A DNA stretch of 61,859 nt from an uncultured Thalassospiraceae bacterium (GTDB lineage: Bacteria; Pseudomonadota; Alphaproteobacteria; Rhodospirillales; 2-02-FULL-58-16): positions 1 to 61,859 of the forward strand of contig CAZWEZ010000006.1 in the NCBI GenBank assembly GCA_964632795.1, given 5' to 3'. This document shows, piece by piece, positions 37,716 through 47,774 of the stretch. The notes under the pieces were generated by a model. It saw only the letters and a program-made list of their open reading frames with translations. It was not told the DNA's origin and did no database searches. Within the stretch, counting starts at the first letter, position 1, and every line of letters starts with the position of its first letter. Made by a program: the position numbers and the translations under genes.

Positions 37716-38059
37716 TCATTTTTCCTCATCCTGAGCGGCGAGCGGAGCTCGCCTGTCGAAGGATGCGATGGCGCGTTTCGGTCCCGGTTTCGCCAAACGC
37801 TTCAGCGCCTCGAAATCGCCCCGGATCAAAGCTTCCTTTTTCGCCCGGCTCCAGCCCTTGATTCGCCGCTCCATGGCGATGGCATCGACCGGATTCTGAA
37901 ACGCCTCGTGGAAAACGAGTTCCACGGGTCGCCGCCATTTCGTGTAACCGTCGTAAACTCCAGCGTTGGTTCCGCGATACGCTTTTCCAGGCTCCCGCGG
38001 GTTGTCCCAACATAGTACCGCCCGTCCGAACAACGAAGGATGTAGACGAAGACGGTCAC
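37716..38059 (-). pseudogene. GIY-YIG nuclease (YhbQ/UPF0213-like), frameshifted
   Basis: VYILRCSDGRYYVGTT..LEKRIAE then, in another frame, NAGVYDGYTKWRRPVELVFHEAF...AIAMERRIKGWSRAKKEALI. One base is missing at ~37968 (GAA C-C AAC where GAA CAC AAC, E-H-N, is expected). Confidence 0.88.
37724..37765. repeat. Diverged REP-like unit downstream of the GIY-YIG gene
   Basis: CCTCATCCTGAGC...TGTCGAAGGATG ends match 19085-19125. Confidence 0.8.
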
Positions 38060-38090
38060 GACCTTTCCAATCGTCTCTCCTTGGCCCGGG

Positions 38091-38130
38091 CATCCTTCGA
38101 CACGCCGCTTCGCGGCTGCTCAGGATGAGG
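38091..38130. repeat. REP-like unit upstream of the GIY-YIG gene; contains the gatA stop
   Basis: 39/40 identical to 19021-19060. Confidence 0.9.
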
Positions 38131-39601
38131 TTATTCGTTCCGGCCGGGCCTCGAAGCCGGCCGCCGATTCCAGGACCTCGGCGGCGCGCAGCACGGTCTC
38201 CTCGTCGAACGGCTTGCCGATCAGGTGCAACCCCAGCGGCAGGCCGCCGGCGTCGAGGCCCGCCGGCACCGAGATCGCCGGCAGCCCGGCCAGGCTGGAG
38301 GGCACCGTGAACACGTCGTTGAGGTACATGGCCACCGGGTCGTCCATCTTGTCGCCGATGGCAAACGCGCTCGAAGGGGCGGTCGGGGTCAGCAGCACGT
38401 CCACCTCCCGGTGGGCCTTTCGGAAGTCCTCGGCGATCAGCTTGCGGACCCGCTGCGCCTTCAGGTAGTAGGCGTCGTAGTAGCCGGCGCTGAGCACGTA
38501 GGCGCCGATCATGATGCGGCGCCGGGTCTCGGTGCCGAAGCCCGCCGCCCGGGTGTTGGCGTACATCTCGTCCAGGCTGGCGCCGGGCACCCGGAGCCCG
38601 TAGCGCACCCCGTCGTAGCGCGCCAGGTTGGACGACGCCTCGGCGGGGGCGATGATGTAGTAGGCCGGCAGGGCGTATTTGGTGTGGGGCAGCGAGACCT
38701 CGACGGTCTCGGCCCCGGCCTCGCGCAGCCAGGCCTCGCCCTTTTGCCACAGGGTCTCGATTTCTTCGGGCATGTCCTCGACGCGGTATTCCCTGGGAAT
38801 CCCGACCCGGAGCCCCCGGACGTCGCCGGAAAGCGCCGCCTCGTAGTCGGGCACGGCGCGCGGCGCCGAGGTCGAGTCCATGGGGTCGTGGCCGGCCATC
38901 GCGCCGAGCACGATGGCGACGTCGCGCACCGTGCGGGCGAAGGGTCCGGCCTGGTCCAGCGAGCAGGCGAAGGCGACGATGCCCCACCGCGAACAGCGCC
39001 CGTAGGTCGGCTTGAGGCCGACGATGCCGCAGAACGAGGCCGGCTGGCGGATCGAGCCGCCGGTGTCGGTGCCGATCGAGGCCGGGCACAGGCCCGCCGC
39101 CACGGCCGCCGCCGAGCCGCCCGACGAGCCGCCGGGCACCAGGTCCTTGTCGTCCTTGCCGCGCCACGGGTTGACCACCGGCCCGTAGTGGCTGGTCATG
39201 TTGGAGGAGCCCATGGCGAACTCGTCCTGGTTGGTCTTGCCGAGCATCACCGCCCCGGCTTCGGCGAGGTTGCGGGTGACGGTGGATTCATAAGCCGGGA
39301 CGTAGCCGTCGAGGATGTGCGAGCCGGCGGTGGTCAACACGCCCTCGGTGCAGAACAGGTCTTTTACGGCGACCGGGATGCCGTCCATGGGGCCCCGCAC
39401 CTCGCCCTTGGCGCGCCGGGCGTCCGAGGCCGCGGCCCGTTCCAGGGCCAGCTCGGGGGTCTCGGTGATGAAGGCGTTGAGGTGGCTTCCTGCCGCCATG
39501 GCCTCGATGCAGGCCCGGGCCAGCTCGAGCGCCGAGAAGTCGCCGGCGGCCAGCCCGTGGCGGGCCTCGGCGACGCTCAGCTGGTTGGGCCGGGCGCTCA
39601 T
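38120..39601 (-). CDS. gatA: Asp/Glu-tRNA amidotransferase subunit A
   Basis: [54 protein letters not shown]. Start at ATG 39601. Confidence 0.97.
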   Translation of the reverse strand: MSARPNQLSVAEARHGLAAGDFSALELARACIEAMAAGSHLNAFITETPELALERAAASDARRAKGEVRGPMDGIPVAVKDLFCTEGVLTTAGSHILDGYVPAYESTVTRNLAEAGAVMLGKTNQDEFAMGSSNMTSHYGPVVNPWRGKDDKDLVPGGSSGGSAAAVAAGLCPASIGTDTGGSIRQPASFCGIVGLKPTYGRCSRWGIVAFACSLDQAGPFARTVRDVAIVLGAMAGHDPMDSTSAPRAVPDYEAALSGDVRGLRVGIPREYRVEDMPEEIETLWQKGEAWLREAGAETVEVSLPHTKYALPAYYIIAPAEASSNLARYDGVRYGLRVPGASLDEMYANTRAAGFGTETRRRIMIGAYVLSAGYYDAYYLKAQRVRKLIAEDFRKAHREVDVLLTPTAPSSAFAIGDKMDDPVAMYLNDVFTVPSSLAGLPAISVPAGLDAGGLPLGLHLIGKPFDEETVLRAAEVLESAAGFEARPERITSS

Positions 39602-39885
39602 TCGATCACCTTGGGCACGGCGTAGAAGCCGTCCTGGGGGTCGGGGGCGTTGGCCAGCACCGCATCCCGGCGGTCGCCCGAGGTCACCACGTCGGCGCGC
39701 CGGGGCAGCTCCATGTCGACGACGCTGGCCATCGGCTCGACGCCCTCGGTGTCGACCTCGTCGAGCTGCTCGATCCAGCCGAGGATGTGCGACAGCTCGC
39801 CGGCCAGGTGGTCGAGCTCGTCGTCGTCGATCCTGATCCGGGCCAGGAAGGCGATGTTCCTGACGGTATCCTTGTCGAGCGCCAT
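39598..39885 (-). CDS. gatC: Asp/Glu-tRNA amidotransferase subunit C
   Basis: [17 protein letters not shown]...[14 protein letters not shown]...FYAVPKVIE. Confidence 0.97.
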   Translation of the reverse strand: MALDKDTVRNIAFLARIRIDDDELDHLAGELSHILGWIEQLDEVDTEGVEPMASVVDMELPRRADVVTSGDRRDAVLANAPDPQDGFYAVPKVIE

Positions 39886-39959
39886 GGGAGCGACCCTCCG
39901 CCAACCAGGGGCGCGGAAGGTAGCACCCGTCCGGACGGGCCGCAAGCGGGCAGCGGCCG

Positions 39960-41000
39960 TCACTCCCGGCTTGCGGCGAGGGCCTCCCAGAACTTGTCGT
40001 TCCATGCCGCGATGGCGATCTCGGTGGCGGCGGCGAGCGCCGTGGCGACGCCCTCGGCGGGCTTCTCGGCGACCTTGGGGGTCGCCCTGAACTCCTTCAA
40101 CGAGACCCCGTCGAAGACCACCCGCCGGTCCTTGCGGTGGTACATGAAGACGGTGGAGAAGGTCTCGTCGTAGTTGTCGCCGACCTCCAGCACGTCGATG
40201 CTGATCTGGTAGATCGGCTTCTGGGACAGATCGTAGGGCACCTCGGTGATGAACATCGGGGCCAGGAACTCGTAAAGGGTGCCCTTGTGGATGCATTGCA
40301 ACAGGAGGTCGTAGTCGAAGGTGCCGAAGGGCTCGCCCTCGACCTCGGCGCGGCCTTCGTAGCGGATGGTGTAGCCGCACGAGGCGCCGCCGGAGACCGA
40401 CACCCGGCCCTTGATGTCGGCGCCCAGCGCGCCGTCGATCAACGCCAGCAGCGCCGGCGCGTAGACGAACCCCAGGTCCTCGTCCTGCTTCCTGACGGCC
40501 AGCCACGAGGCCTCCTTGGGCCGGCCCACCGCCTCGACGCGCTGGCCCTTGTCGAGGCGGCCGATCTTGCGGCTGGAGGTCTTGGGCTTGGCCCGGACGT
40601 TGATCTTCTTGATCACCAGGTAGGTTCCCGTCACCGGGGTCATGGGGATCGAGAAATCGGGCTTGATCTTCTTCTCGATGATCAACTCGAGTAGCGGCGC
40701 GTAGACGAACCCCAGGTCCTCGCCCTGCTTCCTGACGGCCAGCCAATTGCCGTCCTTGGACCGCCCCACCGCCTCCACCTTCTCGCCCTTCCTCAACACC
40801 ATGGTCCGCCGGCTGGAGGTCGACGGCCTGGTCCGGACGTTGACGTTGTCGATCACCCGGTAGGTCCCCGGATCGGGGGTCACCGGGACGCCGAGGAAGG
40901 TCTCCTGGGCGGCGGCCGAGGCGGCCAGCCCCAGGACCACGACCAACGATCCGATCCAGCCGCGCAGGCGGACAGGCTGTCGGTTGACGGTGGCGAACAT
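39960..41000 (-). CDS. Exported protein with two tandem bacterial SH3 domains
   Basis: Signal peptide; two NVR..P..SS....L.KG..VE.VG.....WL.V....G.VY repeats with an 80-aa period. Confidence 0.85.
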   Translation of the reverse strand: MFATVNRQPVRLRGWIGSLVVVLGLAASAAAQETFLGVPVTPDPGTYRVIDNVNVRTRPSTSSRRTMVLRKGEKVEAVGRSKDGNWLAVRKQGEDLGFVYAPLLELIIEKKIKPDFSIPMTPVTGTYLVIKKINVRAKPKTSSRKIGRLDKGQRVEAVGRPKEASWLAVRKQDEDLGFVYAPALLALIDGALGADIKGRVSVSGGASCGYTIRYEGRAEVEGEPFGTFDYDLLLQCIHKGTLYEFLAPMFITEVPYDLSQKPIYQISIDVLEVGDNYDETFSTVFMYHRKDRRVVFDGVSLKEFRATPKVAEKPAEGVATALAAATEIAIAAWNDKFWEALAASRE

Positions 41001-41158
41001 CCCGATCTCCCGTCGGCCCCCCGACGATCCCAGGAATTAGGAATAACAAAGGCTTATACCAAGGAATGATGATAGCCAACAGACGCGGTTCCGACCACCG
41101 TCTTTTTGCGGTTTGCCGGTGGCGGTGCTACCTTCCGCCCGGCAATGGAGGGGTTCTC

Positions 41159-41626
41159 ATGGCGATCGTCACCCTCGAGCAACTGGCGGCGGAACTCGGA
41201 CCGGCGAGACGGCTGCTCGGCCTGGACGTGGGAAGCAAGACCGTGGGGCTGGCCCTGTCGGATCTGTCGCGGACCGTGGCGACGCCTTTCGAGGTCCTGC
41301 GGCGGACCAGGTTCGCCGCCGACGCCGAGCGCCTGGCGCGGATCGTCGCCGAGCACGATGTCGGCGGCCTGGTCATCGGCCTGCCGCTCAACATGGACGG
41401 CACCGAGGGGCCGCGCTGCCAGTCGGTGCGCCAGTTCGCCGCCAACCTGCTGGAGACCATGGAGCTGCCGATGGCGCTGTGGGACGAACGGCTGTCGACG
41501 GCGGCGGTCGAGCGGATGCTGATCCGCGAGGCCGACATGACGCGCCAGCGCCGCGCCCAGGTCGTCGACAAGGCCGCCGCCGCCTACATCCTGCAAGGGG
41601 CGCTCGACGCCATGGCCAGGCTGTGA
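41159..41626 (+). CDS. ruvX: YqgF/RuvX RNase H-like nuclease
   Basis: LLGLDVGSKTVGLALSD, GLPLNMDGTEG, WDERLST, DKAAAAYILQG. Start at ATG 41159. Confidence 0.96.
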   Translation: MAIVTLEQLAAELGPARRLLGLDVGSKTVGLALSDLSRTVATPFEVLRRTRFAADAERLARIVAEHDVGGLVIGLPLNMDGTEGPRCQSVRQFAANLLETMELPMALWDERLSTAAVERMLIREADMTRQRRAQVVDKAAAAYILQGALDAMARL

Positions 41627-41950
41627 GCGGCGGCGGGGCTCCGCCCCGGTCCCCGTTTTCGCGGGGTCTTCGACCCCACACCCCATTGAATGGAGTCCGG
41701 ACGATCGGGGTCAGGTTGATCGAGCTTTTCGCCGTGATGTCCGCTTTCCCATTGATTACGCCCGCTGCCGCTGGCAAAGCCGACTACGTTGGAAGCAGGG
41801 GATTAGGGCTGGTTGTGACCCAAAGGAGACGATGGAGAGGACTGTGAGCAGGCGATACAGCAAGGACTACGTTGACCAGGAAGCCGCTGCGAGGGATGCT
41901 CGTGCTGGGATGTGGCACGGTGGGTTCATGCGGCCGTGGGAATGGGGTGG

Positions 41951-42394
41951 ATGATGGAAAATGAGTGTTTCCTATCCAGGCGCGTTGTCGCGGCGTTCCT
42001 TCTGGCCCTGCTTGTCTGGTGGCTGGGAATGGCGGGAGCCCAGTCCGATGAGTTGATGCAGGCCTTTGAACAATACCAGGCGCTTGAAAAACAGGGGCGC
42101 TACGCCGAGGCCGAACGTTTTGCCCGCAAGGCCCTGGAACTGGGAGAGAAGGAGTTCGGGCCGGACCATCCTTACGTGGCCGAGAGCCTCGATAACCTCG
42201 CCTTGCTGTACTACGATCAGGGCCGCTACGCCGACGCCGAGCCCCTCTTCAAGCGCTCCCTGGCGATCTGGGAGAAGGCCCTGGGACCCGACCATCCCTC
42301 GGTGGCCCTGAGCCTCAACAACCTCGCCGGGCTGTACGTTTTCCAGGGCCGCTACGCCGACGGCGCGCGGGCGACGGTGCAAGGGTGGCGGTGA
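41951..42394 (+). pseudogene. Truncated TPR-repeat (42-aa repeat) exported protein
   Basis: Signal peptide and HP.VA.SL.NLA.LY..QGRYA.AEPL repeats; the frame loses similarity at ~42362, mid-repeat, and stops. Confidence 0.75.
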
Positions 42395-42731
42395 GGGTGC
42401 GCCATTGTGGCTCTTGCCCATCGAGGTTCCAGAGCCACGATTCGCAAGAAGCAAAAGGAAATATCTGATCCCGGACCTTCAAGACTTGCGCACCATGGCG
42501 AGAATGCCCTGCCGAACCCCTTCTCTCTTTACGTTCTCTCCGACCCATCGGGCCCATGTATCCTGCGAAATCGTACTTGACCGATTATTGTCGCTCATTA
42601 ACTATGGTGGGCTCATTTTTTCGCAAGACCCTGAGTGGACGAAAACTGTATGGGCCACCTTGTGACCGATCAAGGGCCCACGCTAGCCGAATCTGCGGCT
42701 CATTCGCGATGATAAGGGAGGAAAAGCGATC

Positions 42732-43877
42732 ATGATCAAGACACCTGAGAAATCAAAAATGTTTGGCAAGCAGACAAGACGCTCGTTTTTGAAACGCGGT
42801 GCCGCATTCGGCTCGGTCGTGCTGGCGGCGCCGATGATCATGCGCAAGGCCGCGGCGGACGAAAAAGTCCTGAACTGGCTGACGTATTCCGGCCACTCGG
42901 CCGATGAGGTGGTCGGGCCGTTCGTGGAAGCGACCGGCATAAAGATCAGGGCCAAGGAGTATGCCGACGGTGAGAAGATGTTGGCGCTTATCCATGGCTC
43001 GCCGCGCGGCACGTTCGACCTGGTGACGAGCGATGCACCTTATGTGGAACTGTTGGTCAAATCCGGCCTGCTCCAGGAGATGAAACCGGGCGATTACGCT
43101 TTGGACACGTTCTTTCCGGAGTTCCGGTCCTGGGAGCAGCACTGGTTCGACGGCAAGCTTTTTGCGCTCTTGACAAGCTGGGGATACAACGGCCTCGCCT
43201 ACAATACCGAGAAGCTTTCTGCTGACGACGTTTCATCCTACGACGTCATGTGGAGCGAGGCGGTCAAGGGCAAGCTCGGCATGCGCGACTGGTACCTTCC
43301 GGTCATGGGCTGCTTCAGTGCCTATATGGGCCACAAGGACCCGTACGATATCAGTGATAGCCAGTTCGAGGCGCTGAAGAAGCTCATGTTTTCGGTGAAG
43401 CCGAGCGTTGCCGGTTACTGGAACTTCTCCGGCGTGTTCGATTCTCTGGCGAATCGCGGCGCCTATGTCATCCCAGGGTGCGGCGACTGGATCACCGGCC
43501 TGCTGCAGCGGGCGAACCATCCGATCGAAAGCGCCGTTCCGAAGGAGGGTGCGATCATGTGGACGGAATCCGTGTCGGTCATCCGCGACACTCCGCGTCT
43601 TGAGCAGGCCAACAAACTCATCCGCTATCTCACCGGCGTCGAAGGACAGATACGGCTCATGACCAAGTCGTCCTACATGGCCAACGGACCGAGCGAGGAT
43701 GCATGGAAGCATCTCAACGAGACCAACCCGCGCGAAGCCAAAATGCTGCACATGACTTCGGAGAGCGACAACATAATGAATGTGTTGCGCGACGGTAGAA
43801 TCATTCCGCGCCGTCTGCCGTCGCAGCAATCGATGGAAACCTGGCAGGAAGCCTATACCCAGTTCCAAACCCTGTGA
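42732..43877 (+). CDS. PotD/PotF-type ABC substrate-binding protein with Tat signal
   Basis: TRRSFLKRG Tat motif, F..ATGIKI, FDLV, WGYNGLAYN, PKEGAIMW. Confidence 0.9.
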   Translation: MIKTPEKSKMFGKQTRRSFLKRGAAFGSVVLAAPMIMRKAAADEKVLNWLTYSGHSADEVVGPFVEATGIKIRAKEYADGEKMLALIHGSPRGTFDLVTSDAPYVELLVKSGLLQEMKPGDYALDTFFPEFRSWEQHWFDGKLFALLTSWGYNGLAYNTEKLSADDVSSYDVMWSEAVKGKLGMRDWYLPVMGCFSAYMGHKDPYDISDSQFEALKKLMFSVKPSVAGYWNFSGVFDSLANRGAYVIPGCGDWITGLLQRANHPIESAVPKEGAIMWTESVSVIRDTPRLEQANKLIRYLTGVEGQIRLMTKSSYMANGPSEDAWKHLNETNPREAKMLHMTSESDNIMNVLRDGRIIPRRLPSQQSMETWQEAYTQFQTL

Positions 43878-43883
43878 TCGGCG

Positions 43884-44810
43884 GTGACTGAAACGGGGCA
43901 CGACCGCAAGACGAAGCACGGAAAGGCGCCTGATCTCAGGCGCCTTTCTACCTATGCATCACGCCAGGCTTTTATAGCAGTATTTGGTGGGCCGCTTGCT
44001 TTTTGGCAGGGGACCTTCTTCGTCGCGCCGGCCGTCTTCATGGTCGTCATGTCGTTCTGGTCCGTGCGCAACTACCAGCTGTCGCCGGACTTTACGTTCA
44101 AGAACTGGCAGGCGATTTTAGTCGCCGATTATGTGTGGGACGCGTTTATGAGGTCGCTCTTGGGCGCCGGTCTCGCCGCCGCCGCCGCGACGGTCGTGGC
44201 ATTTCCCTGCGCTTACTTTCTCGGCCTGAAAGTTTCGCCCAGGCTGCGTATCCTGGGTGCCTGCTTGATCATGGCTCCGTTCTTCACTAGTTTCCTTGTG
44301 CGCGCATATACCTGGCGGACGATGCTTGGTGATGAGGGTGTGGTCAACGCTTTTCTCGGCTGGTTCGGCCTGGGCCCGGCACAGATGATCAACAACCTGT
44401 TTGGATCTGTCATCGGGTATCTCACATTGGTGATGCCGCTTGTTCTGCTTCTGCAGTTGTTCAGTATCTCCGCCGTGGACCGGCAGTTGATCGAGGCCGG
44501 CCAGAATCTCGGCTGCAGTCCGGCGAAAACTATCTTCCGGGTGATCATTCCGGCGGCGAGGAACGGCATCGTCCTCGCTGCCGCCTTCGCATTCGTGCTG
44601 AGCTTTGGTGATCTGATCAGCCCGCAGGTATTGGGCGGCTCCAATCCTCCCACATTGAGCATCCTCATCGTTGACCAGGTGCGAGGCGGCCTGCAATGGC
44701 CGCGCGCCTCGGTCATCGCCTTGATGATGGTGTTCACTCTGGCGCTTGTCGTCTCGGCGGCTATGGCCTTCGCCTATGGCGGCGCCAAGAGGCGCAACGG
44801 CGGGGAGTGA
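43884..44810 (+). CDS. PotB-type ABC permease
   Basis: APFFTSFLVRAYTW, LIEAGQNLG, FVLSFGD. Confidence 0.9.
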   Translation: MTETGHDRKTKHGKAPDLRRLSTYASRQAFIAVFGGPLAFWQGTFFVAPAVFMVVMSFWSVRNYQLSPDFTFKNWQAILVADYVWDAFMRSLLGAGLAAAAATVVAFPCAYFLGLKVSPRLRILGACLIMAPFFTSFLVRAYTWRTMLGDEGVVNAFLGWFGLGPAQMINNLFGSVIGYLTLVMPLVLLLQLFSISAVDRQLIEAGQNLGCSPAKTIFRVIIPAARNGIVLAAAFAFVLSFGDLISPQVLGGSNPPTLSILIVDQVRGGLQWPRASVIALMMVFTLALVVSAAMAFAYGGAKRRNGGE

Positions 44811-44814
44811 GGCG

Positions 44815-45609
44815 ATGCGTCTGGTCCTCAAAGCCTATGTCGTTCTGGTCTTCGCGTTCATATTCGCGCCGATCATCGTGAGTTTCGTGTTCTCGTTCAG
44901 CGAGAACAGGTTTCCGACGCTGCCGCTCACAGAATTCAGCACGCGCTGGTACCAGAGGGTGCTGGAGGAGCCCGCATTCGCGCAGGCCTTCGGCCGCAGC
45001 TTGATCGTGGCGGGCCTCACCTCGACGATCTCCACGTTCATTGGATTCGGCGCCGCCTATGTTGATTATCGCTACCGGTTCTTCGGTCAAAAACTCTATG
45101 TCGCCATAGGCATAGTGTCTCCGATGGTCCCCGTGCTCATACTCGGCGTGGCCATGCTGATGTTTCTTTCCCAGATCGGACTTTCCGGCGCTCTGCACTC
45201 CGTCGTCATCTCCCATGTGGTCCTGTGTATCCCGTTTGCCATAGCGATCAACCGTCTGAAGCTGTCGCATATGGAACCAAACCTGGAGGCGGCGGCCTGG
45301 AATCTCGGCGCCAATGAATGGCGCACCATGCGGATGATCATACTGCCTTACTGCATGCCCGCCATTCTCGCCTCCGTGTTCATCACCGCAGCCATTTCAC
45401 TTGACGAGTTCGCCATCGCCTGGTTCGTCTCCGGTCTTGAAGAAACCTTGCCCGTCAGGGTCCTGAACCTGGTCGCGCGCCAGTCGAGCCCGAGCGTGAA
45501 CGCCATTGGCAGCTTCACCTTCACTCTGTCTCTGACGCTGGTGGTTCTCGCGCAAGTCGTCCTGATCGTCAGCCAGAGACGTTCAACGATCTCGGGAGGG
45601 GAGGAGTGA
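44815..45609 (+). CDS. PotC-type ABC permease
   Basis: FSFSENRF, LEAAAWNLGA, SLDEF, ETLPV. Start at ATG 44815. Confidence 0.9.
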   Translation: MRLVLKAYVVLVFAFIFAPIIVSFVFSFSENRFPTLPLTEFSTRWYQRVLEEPAFAQAFGRSLIVAGLTSTISTFIGFGAAYVDYRYRFFGQKLYVAIGIVSPMVPVLILGVAMLMFLSQIGLSGALHSVVISHVVLCIPFAIAINRLKLSHMEPNLEAAAWNLGANEWRTMRMIILPYCMPAILASVFITAAISLDEFAIAWFVSGLEETLPVRVLNLVARQSSPSVNAIGSFTFTLSLTLVVLAQVVLIVSQRRSTISGGEE

Positions 45610-46724
45610 GCGCGCCACGGAAACATAGCGCGGACGCCGGCAAACCGTTCCTGAAATTCGTCGACGTCGAGAAGCGCTTCGGCGGCACGCTAGCGGTCAA
45701 GAACTTCAATTTGGAAATCGAGCGCGGCAATTTCGTCGCGATCATGGGGCCGAGCGGTTGCGGCAAGACCACCACGCTGCGCATGCTGGCGGGTCTGGAG
45801 CGGCTGACCGCCGGATCCATCTTGCGAAACGGGGAAGTCATTGACGACGTTCCGCCCTGGCTGCGCCGAATGCCTCTTGTCTGGCAGAACTACGCCCTGT
45901 TCCCGTTCCTGACTGTGTTGGACAATGTCGCCTTCGGGCTTCGCAACGACGACGTCACGAAACGGGAGCGGCACCGCCGCTCGGTAGAGTGGCTTGAGCG
46001 GTTGGGCATCGCGAACCTGGCGCAGCGCAACCCGGCGACCCTCTCTGGCGGTCAAGCGCAACGGGTCGCGCTGGCCCGCGCCCTCGTGCTCGAGCCGGAT
46101 ATTTTGCTCCTCGACGAGCCCCTCTCGGCCCTTGATGCCCACATGGTGGTGAAGATGCAAGCGGAGCTTGCCGAGTTGCAGCGAGCCCTTGGAATCACTT
46201 TCTTATACGTCACCCACAATCAATCAGAAGCCTTCGCAATGGCGGACCGGGTGGTCATCATGAACAACAGCGAGATTCAGCAGGTCGGAAGCCCGGTCGA
46301 CGTCTACCGCGCACCCAAGACGCGGTTCGTCGCAGAGTTCGTCGGCACCAACAACATTATCGATGGTGTCATAAAATCGGTGGTCAAGGGCGAATGCTTG
46401 GTCGAGACCGCACTCGGCCGCTTCGCCTCGTCCAATCCTTCGAACGCGTCGGTCGCAACCGGCCACAATGTCCACCTTGTGGTGAGCGCGGACTTGGTGA
46501 CAGTAAACAAGGCGGCGGCGAAGACCGCTAACATCGTGACCGCCCGCCTGGTTGGCGAGAGCTTCGTCGGCAATGTCGTCACCCTTGTGCTGGAAGCGAA
46601 GGGCGGGCAGGACCTCAAAGTGCAGCTCCAGCAACGCGCCCTGCAGGACCTGAACATTCGCGCCAATGACGCGGTCACCCTGGCGTTCGAGCGCGGGGAC
46701 ACGCTGATCATACCTGAAAAATAG
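45606..46724 (+). CDS. PotA-type ABC ATP-binding subunit
   Basis: GPSGCGKTT, LSGGQAQRVALARAL, LLDEPLSALD; C-terminal TOBE-like region. Confidence 0.95.
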   Translation: MSAPRKHSADAGKPFLKFVDVEKRFGGTLAVKNFNLEIERGNFVAIMGPSGCGKTTTLRMLAGLERLTAGSILRNGEVIDDVPPWLRRMPLVWQNYALFPFLTVLDNVAFGLRNDDVTKRERHRRSVEWLERLGIANLAQRNPATLSGGQAQRVALARALVLEPDILLLDEPLSALDAHMVVKMQAELAELQRALGITFLYVTHNQSEAFAMADRVVIMNNSEIQQVGSPVDVYRAPKTRFVAEFVGTNNIIDGVIKSVVKGECLVETALGRFASSNPSNASVATGHNVHLVVSADLVTVNKAAAKTANIVTARLVGESFVGNVVTLVLEAKGGQDLKVQLQQRALQDLNIRANDAVTLAFERGDTLIIPEK

Positions 46725-46754
46725 GGCGGGCCCGACGACAGAGGAGGAAATGCG

Positions 46755-47552
46755 ATGAACTTCCAAGACACCGTCAAGATCGAACAGCTGAACTGGATGG
46801 AGTACGCGGCGCGCATTCGCGAACACCAGCCGGTCATTTTTCTGCCGGTCGGTGCGTTGGAGCAACACGGACCGCATCTTCCAATGAACTGCGACGAGGT
46901 GATCCCGCGCGAAATTTCCGAAGAAGTTGCGAGAAACGTTAACGGGCTGGTCGCGCCATCGCTGTTCTATGGCTACAAGTCCCAGCCGCGCACCGGTGGG
47001 GGCAACCACTTTCCGGGAACGACGAGCCTCAGCGCCGAAGCGATGATCGCGAGTGTCCGTGACGTCACTACCGAATTTGCTCGCCACGGCGCGAGGCGCA
47101 TCGTCCTCATGGACGGGCATTGCGAAAACACGATGTTCATCATCGAAGGCATAGATCTCGCGCTGCGGGAGCTGTTTCGCGAGGGCGTGACCGACATGAA
47201 GATCCTGCGGATCGGATATTACGAGTTCACAAGCGCGGAGACGGAGAAGATAGTATGGACGGACGGCTTTCCAAGCTGGCCGCTAGAGCATGCGGGCGTT
47301 ATGGAAACATCGGTGATGCTTTATCGCCACCCGGAACTCGTCGACATGTCGAAACTTGCGACCGACGGTCCGGCGCAATTTCCGCCCTACGACGTATACC
47401 CGGTGTCATTCGAGAATCTGCCCGGATTGCCGCGCTCGGGGGTGCTTTGTTTGGCGAAGATCGCCACGGCGGAAAAAGGCAAGCTGATGTTCGACGAATA
47501 TGTCGCGGGAATCACCGATGCGGTGACCGACGAATTCGGCCTCGGGCGATAG
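46755..47552 (+). CDS. Creatininase (creatinine amidohydrolase family)
   Basis: PVGALEQHGPHLP..D, GGNHFPGT, DGHCEN, HAG..ETS. Confidence 0.92.
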   Translation: MNFQDTVKIEQLNWMEYAARIREHQPVIFLPVGALEQHGPHLPMNCDEVIPREISEEVARNVNGLVAPSLFYGYKSQPRTGGGNHFPGTTSLSAEAMIASVRDVTTEFARHGARRIVLMDGHCENTMFIIEGIDLALRELFREGVTDMKILRIGYYEFTSAETEKIVWTDGFPSWPLEHAGVMETSVMLYRHPELVDMSKLATDGPAQFPPYDVYPVSFENLPGLPRSGVLCLAKIATAEKGKLMFDEYVAGITDAVTDEFGLGR

Positions 47553-47774
47553 CCGGCTCCCGCCACCGGCATCGCGTACTTCCGGTGTTGGCTATCAGCA
47601 GCGGTTCCAGGCTACCACGGACCACGACCGCTTGGGAACGACAAGCCGACATTCCAAGTCCAAGAGCTTGTCCGCATTCCTTGTGACACGTCAAGTTTGG
47701 AGGCATGCGCCGTTCCTGGCCATGGGAAGGCCCTTCTTGTCTTGTCCGGGGAGATCGCGTAACCAGTTGCGGCC

